Positions 45,175 to 58,560 of a stretch of DNA of 64,000 bases are shown here, piece by piece. The position numbers and the translations under genes were made by a program. Source of the DNA: Eledone cirrhosa (taxonomy: Eukaryota); assembly GCA_964016885.1 (NCBI GenBank), contig OZ024741.1, positions 43,152,001 through 43,216,000 on the forward strand, read 5' to 3'. The notes below the pieces were generated by a model, which had not been told where the DNA came from, searched no databases, and saw only the letters and a list, made by a program, of their open reading frames with translations. Positions within the stretch are counted from its first letter, which is position 1; each line of letters opens with the position of its first letter.

Positions 45175-45951
45175 AAGAAAGTATAACGCACCAGAGTACT
45201 CGTCAGTTCGTATATAGCTGTCGAAACGGCTGGAGCACAGCCGTCGGGGTCCTGGCGATTTTCCAATATATATATGTATATGGCTTCATCATTTGCTGAT
45301 GTTAATCAACGCTAAACGTTGATGAATTTTTCTGCATTATATGTTACCATATAGGACTTGTAAAAACGTTGTGGTAATGTAAATATAATACTTATTTGTT
45401 AACTTGATAAGATTGATTTCTGGAAAATATTAGATATGTGGTTTCCTATGATACTGGCCGTGTGCAAATCTCTGAGTTATTGGATAATAGCTCTAATTCT
45501 CTCATAGAGCTGTCGTAGAGCAACACAATCCTTATATATTATATATCACCCTATTTTCATAGGTCTTAACTTGGTTGAACAGTTCTTGTAGCGTTACCAA
45601 TTACTGCATTCATCCTATCGAATGTTATAATTTTACTTTTAATCTACACGTTGAGTGAGCAATAACTGGCTCCTCATTCTTTGGAAACAATATTCTTCTA
45701 TAATTTCATGATTTCTACTGATGATTGCAGCTCTTGGCTTCAGTAAATGCCAATATTAACAAACGGAAATTGTTGAAGATTTCTGATATATAAAATTGTA
45801 ATATATAGGCCTTGTAAAACCTTAGAGAAAATGTGGGGTAATACTTATTCTGCCTCTACGTTTTATTAACATAATTCGATTATTCCCTGCAACATATTAG
45901 ATATGTGGATTCCTATGATATTTGTAATATGACAAATTCTGGAGGTCTTGG

Positions 45952-45997
<46 letters not shown>

Positions 45998-46442
45998 CTT
46001 ATATATATATATATACATATAAAAGGTAAATAGAAATAACACAAACGGTACAGTATATGGAAGGAATATATTAGGTTAACGCTTGAAATAGCAGGAAAAA
46101 TTCGTTTGATTTTCAAATTGGATTTTCACCCTGAAACTGGATATACACCCGGAGTTTACCTGAACTTCTACCAGGAAATCTTTTCGTATCACTTAAATTT
46201 TCTTTGCTTCTTATATATATATATACATATATAAATGAAAGGTGCCGACTCTTTATAATATAGACATACTCTACTACACCAAGTATCGATTACTGTGTTG
46301 AATAATGATCTAACCGGTTTCAAACTGGATCTATCTTGATTTATATATATATATATATACATATAGGTATTGAAGTTTCCGTTGAAAATTGAAAAAGTCA
46401 TAGGAGTGAAGAGTGCTCTATGTAAGTAACAGAGCAAAATTT

Positions 46443-47464
46443 AATGTATAATAAACAATACAATATAATTACCTCATTACCAGAGGTTTCCCGAATAAGA
46501 CGAATACGAAAGAAACGTCCTCATTCGTTCGTCGGACAAGGCAATATAAAACATAGTGAAATATTTGGAAAGTCTCCTCAAGAATCTTTCGACATCCAGA
46601 AAAAAGATTCACAACACCTCTGGCTAGCAGAATATGGGATTTGAAAGACCAAGGTATCCAATATAAATTGGATTGGTCAATTTTGAACCGATCTAAAGAA
46701 TATGTAAGAGGAACAAGAAAATGCACACTCTGCAGAAATGAAAAATATTGAATTTTACAAAACCTTAAATCACCAAAAACCTGCCTAAATACAAAGACAG
46801 AAATTTTCACCAGTTGCCCACACATGAAATAACACTTGCTTTCCAGCTCATATAAACTTAACTCACTTTCAGATACTTATCCTCCATAAGCTCTTATTCT
46901 TCACTTAAATTATTCTCTTTAAAGACTACTCTTTCTGATTTACTTTCATTTTTAACCTTATTATTAATTTTATCTTTATTTTTATTTTTACTTCACATTC
47001 ACCAGTAACCCCCCCCCCCTTTATTCTTCGATTCACTTACCTAATATCTTCACTTTCTACATTTTACTTCCCTATTTTCTTTACTACCTGATTACACTAG
47101 TCACTTGCGTTTTCCACTCCATATATTTTCTGTTATTTCGCAGCCAATTTTATATTTTTATATTTGTACTCATTTATTCATAAGGCTGCTTTACACCCTG
47201 TATCTATGTTTCTGAGCGTCTTTATGTGTGTATACGTTCTGTATACGTCTTTATGTGTGTATACGTTCTGTACACGAACGCCTCCGTATGCGCGCGTGCG
47301 CGCGTCTATATATATGTGTATGTATGTGTGTTTTTATATCTGTGTTTTTACATCTATGTGTTTTACTTTCTTATTTTTATGTGTGTGCGTGAAAGCGGGT
47401 CAATGTACGTGAATATGTTTGTGTGTATGTGTGTATATATGTATTGTATGTATGTGTGTGTGTA

Positions 47465-47507
<43 letters not shown>

Positions 47508-48281
47508 TCGCGTACGTACGTGGGATTAGATATACATGAGGCGATATGTATGTATATGTATACGTGCATCCTGTGTATGTATGTACGCATGCATACGCTT
47601 TTGTCTGTACGTATTGCGTGTATATATATATTTTTTTTTATAGATATATGTTCTTTATAGATATATGTGTATGTACGCGTGTATCTTCTTTTCTTTTCTT
47701 TTCTCTAGTGTTAATTGACTACTTTCTCTTTCATTTAAACATTTTTTCTTTCTCATATTTTGTTTAATTTTTATACATATATCTTTTAACTATTACACGC
47801 CCTTCCCCCTTTATCTTCCGCATATAAGTGATCGCGCGTGTGTGTGTGCTTATACGCGTGCTTTCATACTCATATGTGTATCTAATACCTGCTTCTGGAT
47901 TCGTGTCAACTAGATTATATCCGTATTTGTGGTTACATATACACAAATATACTTGCCTTCATATATGTACTTACGCACACATTTTCACCATACACATGCA
48001 TTTGTACATACATACATATGTACATTTGTGAGTGTATATAAATACATATACACAAACCTAACTATATTTCCTTATATTTTTTATATATTTTATGTCTATT
48101 ACATTACCTTTATTTATATATATATATTTTTTTTGCATTTCTTGAGGAGACTTTCCAAATATTTCACTATGTTTTATATTGCCTTGTCCGACGAACGAAT
48201 GAGTACGTTTCTTTCGTATTCGTCTTATTCGGGAAACCTCTGGTAATGAGGTAATTATATTGTATTGTTTATTATACATTA
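46443..48281 (+). mobile_element. Naiad-like Penelope 3' fragment with a ~140-bp inverted terminal repeat (46443-46584 vs 48140-48281)
   Basis: 46590-46860 encodes RHPEKRFTTPLASRIWDLKDQGIQYKLDWSIL..KCTLCRNEK..LNTKTEIFTSCPH; the inverted repeat is nearly perfect. Confidence 0.85.
48183..48250 (+). ncRNA. Type I hammerhead motif with CCGACGA core and extended stem II (family H7)
   Basis: CTTGT CCGACGA A CGAATGAG..CTTATTCG G GAAA CC TCT GG TA ATGAG. Mirror copy at 46473-46540 (-). Confidence 0.7.
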
Positions 48282-48504
48282 TATATACATATATATATAG
48301 GAAAATAATCAGGACCCCGACAGCTGAGCTCCGGCCGTTTTGACAGCTACTACCGTAAGTATCGAGTACTCTGGTGCGTTATGGTCCACCTGGTTTCTTA
48401 CCACACTTTCTTTGTTATATATATATATATATATTTGTAGGAGATTCCAACCAGAATGGTTGCATTTTTTCAGGGTATGTCAATATTTATTTATAAAACT
48501 AACC

Positions 48505-48685
48505 TAGCAGTATCGGTAGAGCGTCAGACACCATGCTTTACAGCATAGAGTTATGGCCCTTTACGTTCTGGGTTCAAATCCCGCCGAGGTTGACTTTGCC
48601 TTTCATCCTTACGGGGTCGATAAAATAAAGTACCAGTAATGCTCTGGGATAATTTCTTGCCTTGTGCCAAAAGTAGAAACAATTA
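48505..48685 (+). mobile_element. SINE family A
   Basis: Matches 16158-16333. Confidence 0.85.
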
Positions 48686-48751
48686 TATTTTATCTGATGA
48701 AAGCGCACCATAGTTTGCCTTGGTGGCCCTTGAAATATGTATAATGAAATA
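48686..48751 (+). ncRNA. Type I hammerhead ribozyme motif (family H8)
   Basis: TATTTTAT CTGATGA AAG..CACCA (loop) TGGTG..CTT GAAA TATGTA TA ATGAAATA: 8-bp stem I, overlapping AATAAA. Confidence 0.7.
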
Positions 48752-48789
48752 AATATGGTTTTATAAATATAGTTTCCATTTGTTAATAT

Positions 48790-48822
<33 letters not shown>

Positions 48823-48826
<4 letters not shown>

Positions 48827-50242
48827 GCCTCAGAAATGTTACCTTATAATCAATTGTTGGTGTCTGAAGAGATCACTATATTTATTGTCATTAAAATATA
48901 TATAACTGCTCAATTAATAAAGTACTCTAACATTTTCAACTTCGTATTTTCATCTTAGGAACTGATATTACGTTGAGTGCTAGAAATTAATTGCATCCTT
49001 GTATACCGAATATAATTAGCTCCTCATGTCGAGCGCTTTTTGATACAATCCAATCTGATGAAGTAAGTCAGACTACATCCCACGTTACGAGAACTGTTGG
49101 ACACCCGTAACGATTTACTATGGAACAACTTTCGAACGGATTTATGAGAGAACCAAAGGAGCAACTACCTCTTATTCTCCATATAACACCCTGGAAAGCA
49201 GATCTCCTGCCGCATTCCATCCCACCTCATATACCCACGGACAGTTTGTGAGGTCCAACCTGCTGCAACTGCATGGACCAAAACATCCGAGGTACTATGA
49301 ATATAACTGACTCACTATAACCCAGATATTTACCAAAGGATTTTTCCTTATATTTTTTTCCTTCCATGTTTCCTGCATTTCTTCTCCTTCCTTCTCTCTA
49401 AAAGTTTTTTTTTTACCTTATATTCATATTTTCCCCCTTTATTTTATTCTATTTATAATCCTCTTTTTGCTCCTTTCTTACTTTCTTACATTTTTCCTTA
49501 AATGATCAATGTATCTTTTGTCTCCACCGGATTGACCGGGATACCAACTTTAGGATTGTTTAATTTTCCCATTTGTTTATTTTTACATTCGTTTAATTTT
49601 TACATTCATTACATTAGATACTTTAAATATTACCTGTCATCCACGACAAGGGGCCAAATATTATTCTTATTCTTAGCATATTGACTGTTGTCTAGATGTC
49701 TGGGCTCCTAACCTTTAACGTCTGAAATTTCGAAATTATTTCGGGTTGTGAATATTTTCTATGATAAGTTATATTTACCATAGCAGAAGGGAACTTTCTC
49801 GATTTGGGGTGATTATCCCGCCATAAACGGATAGCGGGTACAAATGCACCGAAATCCTACTGGTTACCAAAGCTACAGAAACTTTTGGTTGGCTTGAACT
49901 CCCACTGGCCATATCGCGTTGTCGGCTGAGGAGATGGGGGACTGGTAGATAAAGAGAACAAACAAGGTTGGTAGTATTTTGGGTGTAGGTTAAGTGGTCA
50001 GCCACCCACACCTCTGCAAATGCGCAGTGCTGTCGGGATGACCTGAAACCAGAAGGGGGCGGACAACCAGAGCAAAAACACTTTTTCTAGTCCGCTCCCT
50101 TCCACATAAAATTACCTCAGAAATGTTAACTTATAATCAATTTTTGCTGTCTGAAGAGATCACGATGCTCATCGTCATTGGAATATATATAACAGCTCAA
50201 TTAATAAAGGACTCTAACTCTTCAACTTCGCCTTTTCATCTT
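48823..50242 (+). mobile_element. ~1.4-kb non-coding element bounded by ~133-bp direct repeats, each with a decayed hammerhead (family H9; retrozyme- or tandem-pLTR-like)
   Basis: Repeats at 48823-48956 and 50109-50242; GCTGT CTGAAGA..ACGATG CT CATCGT..GGAA TATATA TA ACAGC at 50146-50196; (TA)n on both sides. Confidence 0.7.
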
Positions 50243-50686
50243 TATATATATATATAATGTGTGTTATTGACGGATGTGACAAAAAGTACTCAATACCAAG
50301 TTAGTTTAAATATTCAATTATTATGGCTAATCAGTGAGCCTTGTTTTTCCGGTGTCTCACCTGTACAGTCACAGGGGCATCAAATGTATAATTATAGATT
50401 CATCATAGGGTGAAATATTGTTGTTGATTAGGTCAATATTTATTGAATGTTGAGTTTTCGAGGTCTAAGTCACTTTTCTGGGGGTCCTGGTTCCTATCCT
50501 CGGGTAACCGCATGAAGTATCTATCTGGTGATTATGAAGGATAGAAATTGTTGAACGAGAATCAGACATGTAATTGATGAGCAATCTATGGTTAAACGCG
50601 TCTTAATCTTACCATTTGACAGCTTACTCTATGAGCAGCTTGGTCTCACCTTTGTAGAAGTGGAAGAGGATATATAAATAGATATA

Positions 50687-50850
50687 TACGAGGGTAGACT
50701 GAAAGGTTCATGGGCTATCAAGGAATGGTTGTAGCGCTGTGAAATCCTGCATGCATTAATATCAACTCTTCTGATTAATAACTGCATTGTTTTTTCCCGG
50801 CAACTATGTTGAAAAATAAACCATCGTTTCAAGAGAAACATTGCCATCTA
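50687..50850 (+). mobile_element. Mariner-like terminal fragment
   Basis: TA CGAGGGtagactgaaaggttc resembles a mariner TIR start; partner TIR not seen. Confidence 0.4.
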
Positions 50851-50989
50851 TTTTCTTCGTAAAATAAACGGATATACAAATAAATAACGAGTATTTTGTT
50901 TTTTTCGTTCTTCTTTCATTGTGTGCAGTTTGTCATCGTCGACTCTGACACAACTATTGCTGTTACTCGATCCTCTGAGCAGTCACTGA

Positions 50990-51215
50990 ACATTCAAGAA
51001 ACACGTGCACCCTTATCTAGCTATGAGGGGGATTCAACATGACACAATGAGCGACAGAACTAGCGTTTTGGATTACAGATACAAATAATTTGTGCTAGTT
51101 AGGTGAAGTTGGGTAACGTGAAATAAAGAATCTTTTTCGAGAACACAGCGCAACGCTGGGAATCGAATCCGTGACCCTACTATAGTTAGCCGAGCAGCAC
51201 AAACACTATGCAACA
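50990..51215 (-). mobile_element. Degenerate CORE-type SINE
   Basis: Reverse complement ggattcgattccc B-box followed by ctgtgttctcgaaaaagattctttatttcacgtt. Confidence 0.55.
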
Positions 51216-51599
51216 TGATTTGTCTTTCATTAGATGTTGACAGAATGCCATTTACTGATGGTCTGTATTTTGAGGAAATACACTTGAATAAAACTTCTAA
51301 TTGTCTTCACACCACGTACGAAGAAAATAAGTTAAGTGATCACCACTGTAAAATAGACAAATAATTTAGTTTACACAGAAGCTAAATAATTGTTCAATAT
51401 AGTGAATACCCAGCGATTTGAAAGAAGATTAAAATATATGATCGGTAAATTGTATAGCTGCTTTACTAAACAGGATTAAGTTTTCAATGACATTTATAAT
51501 CTATGTATTACTTCGTAAAAAAAAGACGGACGGGGGTAGATAATATCTACGGGCATTTCTACACCTTTGAGATAAATACGGTTAATGTTAGGATAATGA

Positions 51600-52230
51600 A
51601 ACACATATGGCTTGGAAAGGTTTCCTAGAGTGCAGTTGTTCTATGTAGAAACGACTGGGGATATATTTAATTCAATTGGAAGATGGGGAGTGATACATTA
51701 TGGAAGAAGAGAGGAGAATGCATCATATAAGCCACAAAAGTAGAGGTATGTACTTTGCTACTTCAGAGATGCATAAGTTGAAACAATTGTAGTACATAAG
51801 ACAGAGAAGAAACCTTTGCATTTGTGACCTAATGCAATGTGAGTGAGTCGTTTTAAATAAGACGAATCTACAATTTCTCCATTGGTTGGCTTCTATGATG
51901 TAACATAGAAATTGTGTAAAAAGAGAACTACAGCCTGATGGCATCCGTCTTATTTATACCAGTAATGGGTGTAAATGTATTGTTGCGTTTGAGTAGGAGT
52001 ATAGCGAATGGGGTTGAATGTAAGGTTATTGGTGCAGTTAACTGAGTTTGTTGATGGCATTGCATTGGTATAGTTTTGTTTAGATTCAAATCAAGTCAAC
52101 TGATGGAATGAATACGATATTTGTCTGACATGCATTGATACTGTGTAGACTGAGGTCCCAATCGATATAAAGGTCCCTCAGCAGTAGCACTGTCCAACAT
52201 ATAAATTCATTCTCTTCCCCTACTGCGTAA
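51600..52230 (-). mobile_element. Highly decayed CR1/L2-like LINE 3' remnant
   Basis: Minus-strand traces resembling DLG(V)YID.DL and RFFSV motifs; heavily disrupted. Confidence 0.3.
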
Positions 52231-52752
52231 AGTTATTAGATTGCAGACATCATCATTCAATGACGTCCTTGATTATACTTTGTTATCAAATAATTTACAA
52301 TATGGCCTAATTTGGTGAGCTTAACACAACCACATATGAGAATATGTTTATCTCTCATTAGGTGTCAACTAATTATTTTCTCGCTGTTCTGAAGCCTTAA
52401 ACATTTTTTAATTCCTAACAATAAACGTAGTATAAGTGACGATTAACTGCCAAATTCCATTACAATGAAAACAACAGTGAAAAGGGTATTATCAGAAAAA
52501 TAGTTGTTTCTACATTGGGCACAGGCCAGCAATTTAAAAGGGAGTGGAAAGTGCCCCTTTGACTCAGATCATAAAGGGCCGTAACTCTCTGCCACTAAGC
52601 ATGTCCGGCGTTTTACCCGATACAGCCAATCCGCTGCAGTTACCAGAAAAATGACAACTTAGAATATAAAGATGCTCTTATTATTGTTATTGATAAATAA
52701 CAATAAAAATAACAAATACAAAGGCTATGATGGGGCTTGTTACGATTGTAAT

Positions 52753-52918
52753 AATAATTGTTTCTATTTTTGGCACAAGGCCAGCAATTATCTCAGTATA
52801 TTACTGGTACTTTATTTTATCGACCCCGAAAAGATGAAAGGGAAAGTTAACCTCGGCGGGATTTGAACTCAGACCGTAAAGGGACGTAACTATGCTGAAA
52901 AGTATGGCGTCGGACCCT
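52753..52918 (-). mobile_element. SINE family A, with further decayed relatives at 52497-52635 and 52935-53200
   Basis: Reverse complement matches the family A core and tail. Confidence 0.8.
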
Positions 52919-53384
52919 TTATAATGGATTCTGATTTTGGCAGAACGCCAACAACTTGGGGGCGGGAAACGTCGATTAAATCGATCCCAGTGCGTTACTG
53001 GTACATTATTTTATCGGCATTGAAAGGATGCAAAGGAAAGCAAACCGTTTTGTCAGATGCTCTACCGATGTTGCCAGTTTACTGTCCCGAATGATAATTA
53101 TTTGAATACGAATCCAGTAATTTTGGAGGCAGGGGCAAGCCCATTATATTGACCCTAGTATTTGACTGGTACTGTATTTGCTCGACTCCGTAAGAATAAA
53201 AGGCAACGTTGCAATCAGAGATGTTTCTACTTATAATATAAAGAGCCGGAATAAAGAGCACTAGTATTTCTATGATGCTCTCACTAGTAAGCCACTCCAC
53301 CACCTCCAATCATGGCAGTTCTAATGATAGGAAACGGATAGCAATAAGAATAATAACAACACAAAGAGGACGATGATAATATGA

Positions 53385-53672
53385 AAGGAAACAACGACAG
53401 TATCAACAAGATTGGCGACGACAATAACGACAACAACAACAACGTCGACGGCAACAACAACAACACCGATGACGACGGCGACAACAACAACGACGACAAT
53501 ACCGACAAAAGCGGTGACGGCAACAAGAAAAACAACAACGACGATGGCAAGAACAACAAGAACAACAACAACAACAACGACGACAACAACAGCAACAACA
53601 ACGACGACGACAGCAACAACAACAACACCAACAATAACAACAACAACAACAACAACAACGACATCGTCAACG
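53385..53672. repeat. Degenerate (AAC/GAC)n trinucleotide repeat
   Basis: Direct reading. Confidence 0.9.
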
Positions 53673-53956
53673 AGTAAAACAAAGACAATAGACTAATATA
53701 AATATATAAACAAACAAACAAGAAATGTAACAACAAAATAAATAAATGCCTATTAAAATCAATTGTGCTGACATTTTCAATTTCCATTTGATAATTTGAA
53801 AAAAAAATATATATATATATAAGGAAGTTAACGTAAAATACCAACAAAAAATTGAAAAATCTTAACATAAATTTCCTTTTGAAAAAAACGACAATAAAAA
53901 TAATTCGATTTTTCTCTGTCTTCTCAATCCATATTTTCCACTCATTTTTTTAAATA

Positions 53957-54053
<97 letters not shown>

Positions 54054-54083
54054 TCTACATAATATATGTGTGTGTGTGTATAC

Positions 54084-54154
<71 letters not shown>

Positions 54155-54197
54155 GGTGTGTGTGTGTGTGTATGTACGTATATATATTCTATATAAT

Positions 54198-54242
<45 letters not shown>

Positions 54243-55427
54243 ATAAATGAAATAAACAAGGCACAGGCTGCAAAATTACAGTTATATTAGGTTGACATAT
54301 ACATACATTTATACACATATATATATACACACACATATATATATACATATATATATATATACATATATATATACATACACAAACACACATGTATAGATAT
54401 ATATATATACATAAACTATATTATATTATATTGTATTATATATTCATTGTTTCTTTATTGTATGGCATTATATAGTTCTAGATGATTTAAATAAAATCTC
54501 ATGTCATTTAAAATTACTGTGAAGGTGTCTGGCTGGGCAAAATTGATAAATTTATATTTTTTAATTCTACGCTATGTACTGCTGTCTATTCGACGTATGT
54601 ACATTTGTATATCGATTTGTGTGGGTACGCGGAGGACGTGTGTGCGTGCGTATGTAATTTATGTAGCTCTGTGTGTACACGTATGACAATGTTTATATAT
54701 ATATGCATTCATACATTTATACATTCATACATGCATACTTACATACAAATATACATACATACACTCATACATAGACGTATATTATTCATATTCTAGCAAT
54801 ATTTTCAGAAAAACTAAATCTCTATTAGAAGTAGCGGCTGTACGTAGAGTGACTCGGTGATCTCCGAGATATGCACTCTATCGGGTAACGTTACATGAAA
54901 GATCATTCGGAGCAAATGATTTGGGCTGCTTGTATTCATATTTTCAGTCAATACTCAAGAATCATAGGTAAGGGTTGGCACGAAAACGGAATTGAAGATA
55001 GCGAGTTTTTCGATTGCACCTACCTAACTTCTTCTGATGGCCGAATGGTGAAGTTGGCGTATGATCGCAACAGCTCCCGCAATATTTTCACTTAATTCAG
55101 AGCCAGCCTTCCACCACTCAGATACTTGAATCTTTCAGTGGAACACCGTTCACATGTAGAGTGCACTCTGTAAGCTACTTTAGCGGATGAATTACACAGT
55201 TTTCGTAGCACTGGCGTAGGAAATCACAGTTGGGGCATGACGGACGTGCGGTTAGGTCTCAGAAAATAAACTATTCGACAGAAGACTCAGGTGCCGAACT
55301 CGAGCATGTCGATTAGATAACAGCCAGGAGTTCAACTGATTTTGCTTGGGGATCTAACCGCATCTGTAGGAGACGATCGCTTCTGACATGACCCGCTGGA
55401 ATGCGTGATTGAGCCTCTGGCTCAACA

Positions 55428-55434
55428 AATAGTA

Positions 55435-55473
<39 letters not shown>

Positions 55474-58250
55474 TTTTCTTTATTAACCACAAGGGTTTAG
55501 ATAAAGTAGACATTAAGGACAGTACAGGACAATACAGGACGGTACAAATGGGCATTTCTGCGTGTAAAAAACAGAGGATGTAATAAAATAACAAAGATAA
55601 ATTCCCCAATAGGGGGGAGCGTTCCGAGGGACATTCGTGGAGAAAGCCCATTTTAAAGCAACAGTGACCCTGACCACCAGGGCAAGTGCCCTCTCCCAGT
55701 TTTCCACCTTTAATTTACAGACACATACTCAGAGTAGGCCCATTCACTCGGGCCATTCTTCCCTCTCTCACCCATCTTTCAACAAAATGCTGGGAAGAGA
55801 GCACTTCCCTTTCTACCCTGATTTTCCTTTTCAAATGAAATTTGAAAAAGTTAATCAGGGCATCACCGAAGAGTAAAGTGCTCGTCTTCAGCCCTTTCAA
55901 ACGTGTCAACCATACTATCTCTTTCGCCATGGCCACCAGACAGATAAAAACTGCCCGCGCTTCCCGGTTAAAGAAAGAGGGTGGGGCAATCCTCACGATG
56001 GACTCAGTTGATAGCTGGATCCGTCCTACACGCGAATAGCAGGTGTTCGAGATAAACCACAAGTCAGCAAAGCTCGGTCACTGGACGATTGCGTGCAGGA
56101 CGGTTTCGTCGCCCAGCACATCTCGGACATGCCCGGCTGACGGCACCTCCATGCCTGTAGAGTTTATCCCGAACTGGCAAAGCTCCTCGGTAGCACTGCC
56201 AGGCCAGGGATTTCTGGAAGTTATCCATAGGCCCTGGCTCGAAAGTTCTTCCGAAGAGATTGGCTAGTTGATTTTCGTCGACGCCTAGAGTTTCCCCAAG
56301 TACGTCGTCGCTCTTCCCCTCCACTAATCCTCTATAGAACGCCAATGTGGAGTTTCCACCGATCACATTGCCCGATTGGTCGAGGGCTGTGAGCGCCTGA
56401 AGACATTCCAGTCTCCAAGCGCTCCCTCTCGGTCTTCGCTTGACCGTGGACTACAGCTCCGTCAAGGAGACGAGATGGGGAAAGACGCCTCTAGCAAACG
56501 GCGACCACACCTGATCACCGTCGAGGAAGAGGAGGAGATTTCTTAGCCTGAGCGCGTGTCTGCGCATCATCAGCCACGGCATTCCCAGCCCTCCACGTAG
56601 CGGGTGTTGACAGCAGATGGACCGCCTGACTATCGGAGTGCATCCCTTCCACAAAAAGCGAAAGAGCAAACGCTCCAGCGCAGTCAGACGAGGCTTAGAA
56701 CAAGGCACGACGGTCAGGCGGTAGTAGATGACGGACACGATGTACGCGATAGCCACCTCCGCTCGTTCTTTCAGGGATAGCTTCCTCTCCGCCCATTTCT
56801 GGGTGAGAGAAGCCAACCTGCTCGTCACCTCGTCCCAGTTTTGTCCGTCTGTAGATCTGGACCGAACCAGAACGCTAGCAATTTAATCTGTCCATCCGTC
56901 CAGTGCGTGACGACGCTGTTGGACGGCATGGACCTGCCTCTCCGGGTGCCGAGCTGCAGGCTCACCGACTTTTCCTGGTTGATCATTGCTCCTGTCACCG
57001 CTTCGTATTCTCTTAGTGTAGTGCCAATTGCCTCGATGTGTTTGGCGTTCGACACCACTACAGTGACATCGTCTGCATATGCTGACACGCATCTTCCGCA
57101 TCCTATTTCGCGCGGGACCCCCCTCATCGTCTCCAGTTTGTGCAGTAATGGCTCCAGAGTCAATACGTACAAGAGGGACGAGAGGGGAAATCCTTGGCGG
57201 ACCGAGCGCATGATGTTGAACGGTTCAAAAGGTGACCGTTCACTCTCTCCACAGAGCAGATGTCGCTGTTCATGGCAGCGATCCAGCCTCTGAAGACGGG
57301 CCCAAAACCAGCCGCCCTCAGGACTACCGCTAGATAACGATGGTCGACCCTATCGAAAGGTTTCGACTGATCTAAATGATCAAGGACCCACCCGTGCCAG
57401 CTTAGAACAAGGCACGACGGTCAGGCGGTAGTAGATGACGGACACGATGTACGCGATAGCCACCTACGCTCGATCTTTCAGGGATAGCTTCCTCTCCGCC
57501 CATTTCTGGGTGAGAGAAGCCAACCTGCTCGTCACCTCGTCCCAGTTTTGTCCGTATGTAGGTCTGGACCGAACCAGAACGCTAGCAATTTAATCTGTCC
57601 ATCCGTCCAGTGCGTGACGACGCTGTTGGACGGCATGGACCTGCCTCTCCGGGTGCCGAGCTGCAGGCCCACCGACTTTTCCTGGTTGATCATTGCTCCT
57701 GTCACCGCTTCGTATTCTCTTAGTGTAGTGCCAATTGCCTCGATGTGTTTGGCGTTCGACACCACTACGGTGACATCGTCCGCATATGCTGACACGGATC
57801 TTCCGCATCCTATTTCGCGCGGGACCCCCCTCAACGTCTCCAGTTTGTGCAGTAATGGCTCCAGAGTCAATACGTACAAGAGGGACGAGAGGGGAAATCC
57901 TTGGCGGACCGAGCGCATGATGTTGAACGGTTCAAAAGGTGACCCTTCACTCTCATGTGATGTCGCTGTTCATGGCAGCGATCCAGCCTCTGAAGACGAG
58001 CCCAAAACCAGCCGCCCTCAGGACTACCGCTAGATAACGATGGTCGACCCTATCGAAAGGTTTCGACTGATCTAAATGATCAAGGACCCACCCGTGCCAA
58101 CTTCCCTAGCTCCCCTCTCCACAATGTATCGCATAAGGTGGAGGTTGTCGTGGATGGATCTATCGGGAATGGCGCATGTCTGCGCCTCTCCCACCAAACC
58201 ACCAACGACAAGTGCCAACCTTTTTGCTAGCACCTTGGCCAAAATCCTTC
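55428..58250 (-). mobile_element. (AAT)n tract (55428-55472) plus Tx1/L1-clade LINE copy 3, 5'-truncated within RT, with a 707-bp internal tandem duplication
   Basis: QGFPLSSLLY, AYADD, KSLAWQCYRGALPVRDKL. Segment 56693-57399 is repeated at 57400-58099. Confidence 0.92.
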
Positions 58251-58560
58251 TATATTAATCACAAGTGTTGACGTAAAATATAACTTTAAGGAGAGCATAG
58301 GACAATACTGGTCGGTACAAATCAGTATTTCTCCGTGTAAAAAAACCCCCAATCCAAAGCTATATGTATAAAAAAGAAAGAAGGAAAAATTCCCCAATAG
58401 GGTCATGGAGAAAGCCCACAAAAAAGCCACGGTTAACCAGGTCGCTAAGGCAAACGCCCTCTTTCAGTCTTCACCTTACGATACTACAGGCACACGTTCA
58501 GAGCAGGCCCATTTACACGGGCCATACTAGCCTCTCACTCCCACCATTGAACAAGGTGGG
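58250..58560 (-). mobile_element. 3'-end stub of another Tx1 subfamily
   Basis: tattaatcacaag..ggacaatactggtcggtacaaat..aattccccaatagggg resembles the 3' UTRs at 55480 and 4935. Confidence 0.75.

Noticed and set aside
44473-49065. Additional CTGATGA hits (44473, 49055; also 23343-23349 on the minus strand)
   Set aside because: No compatible stem I, II and III arrangement could be built around them.
54830-55400. Possible host exon or ORF
   Set aside because: Only a trace LILLGDLTASVG resembling an APE endonuclease motif; most likely very old LINE debris, too decayed to call.
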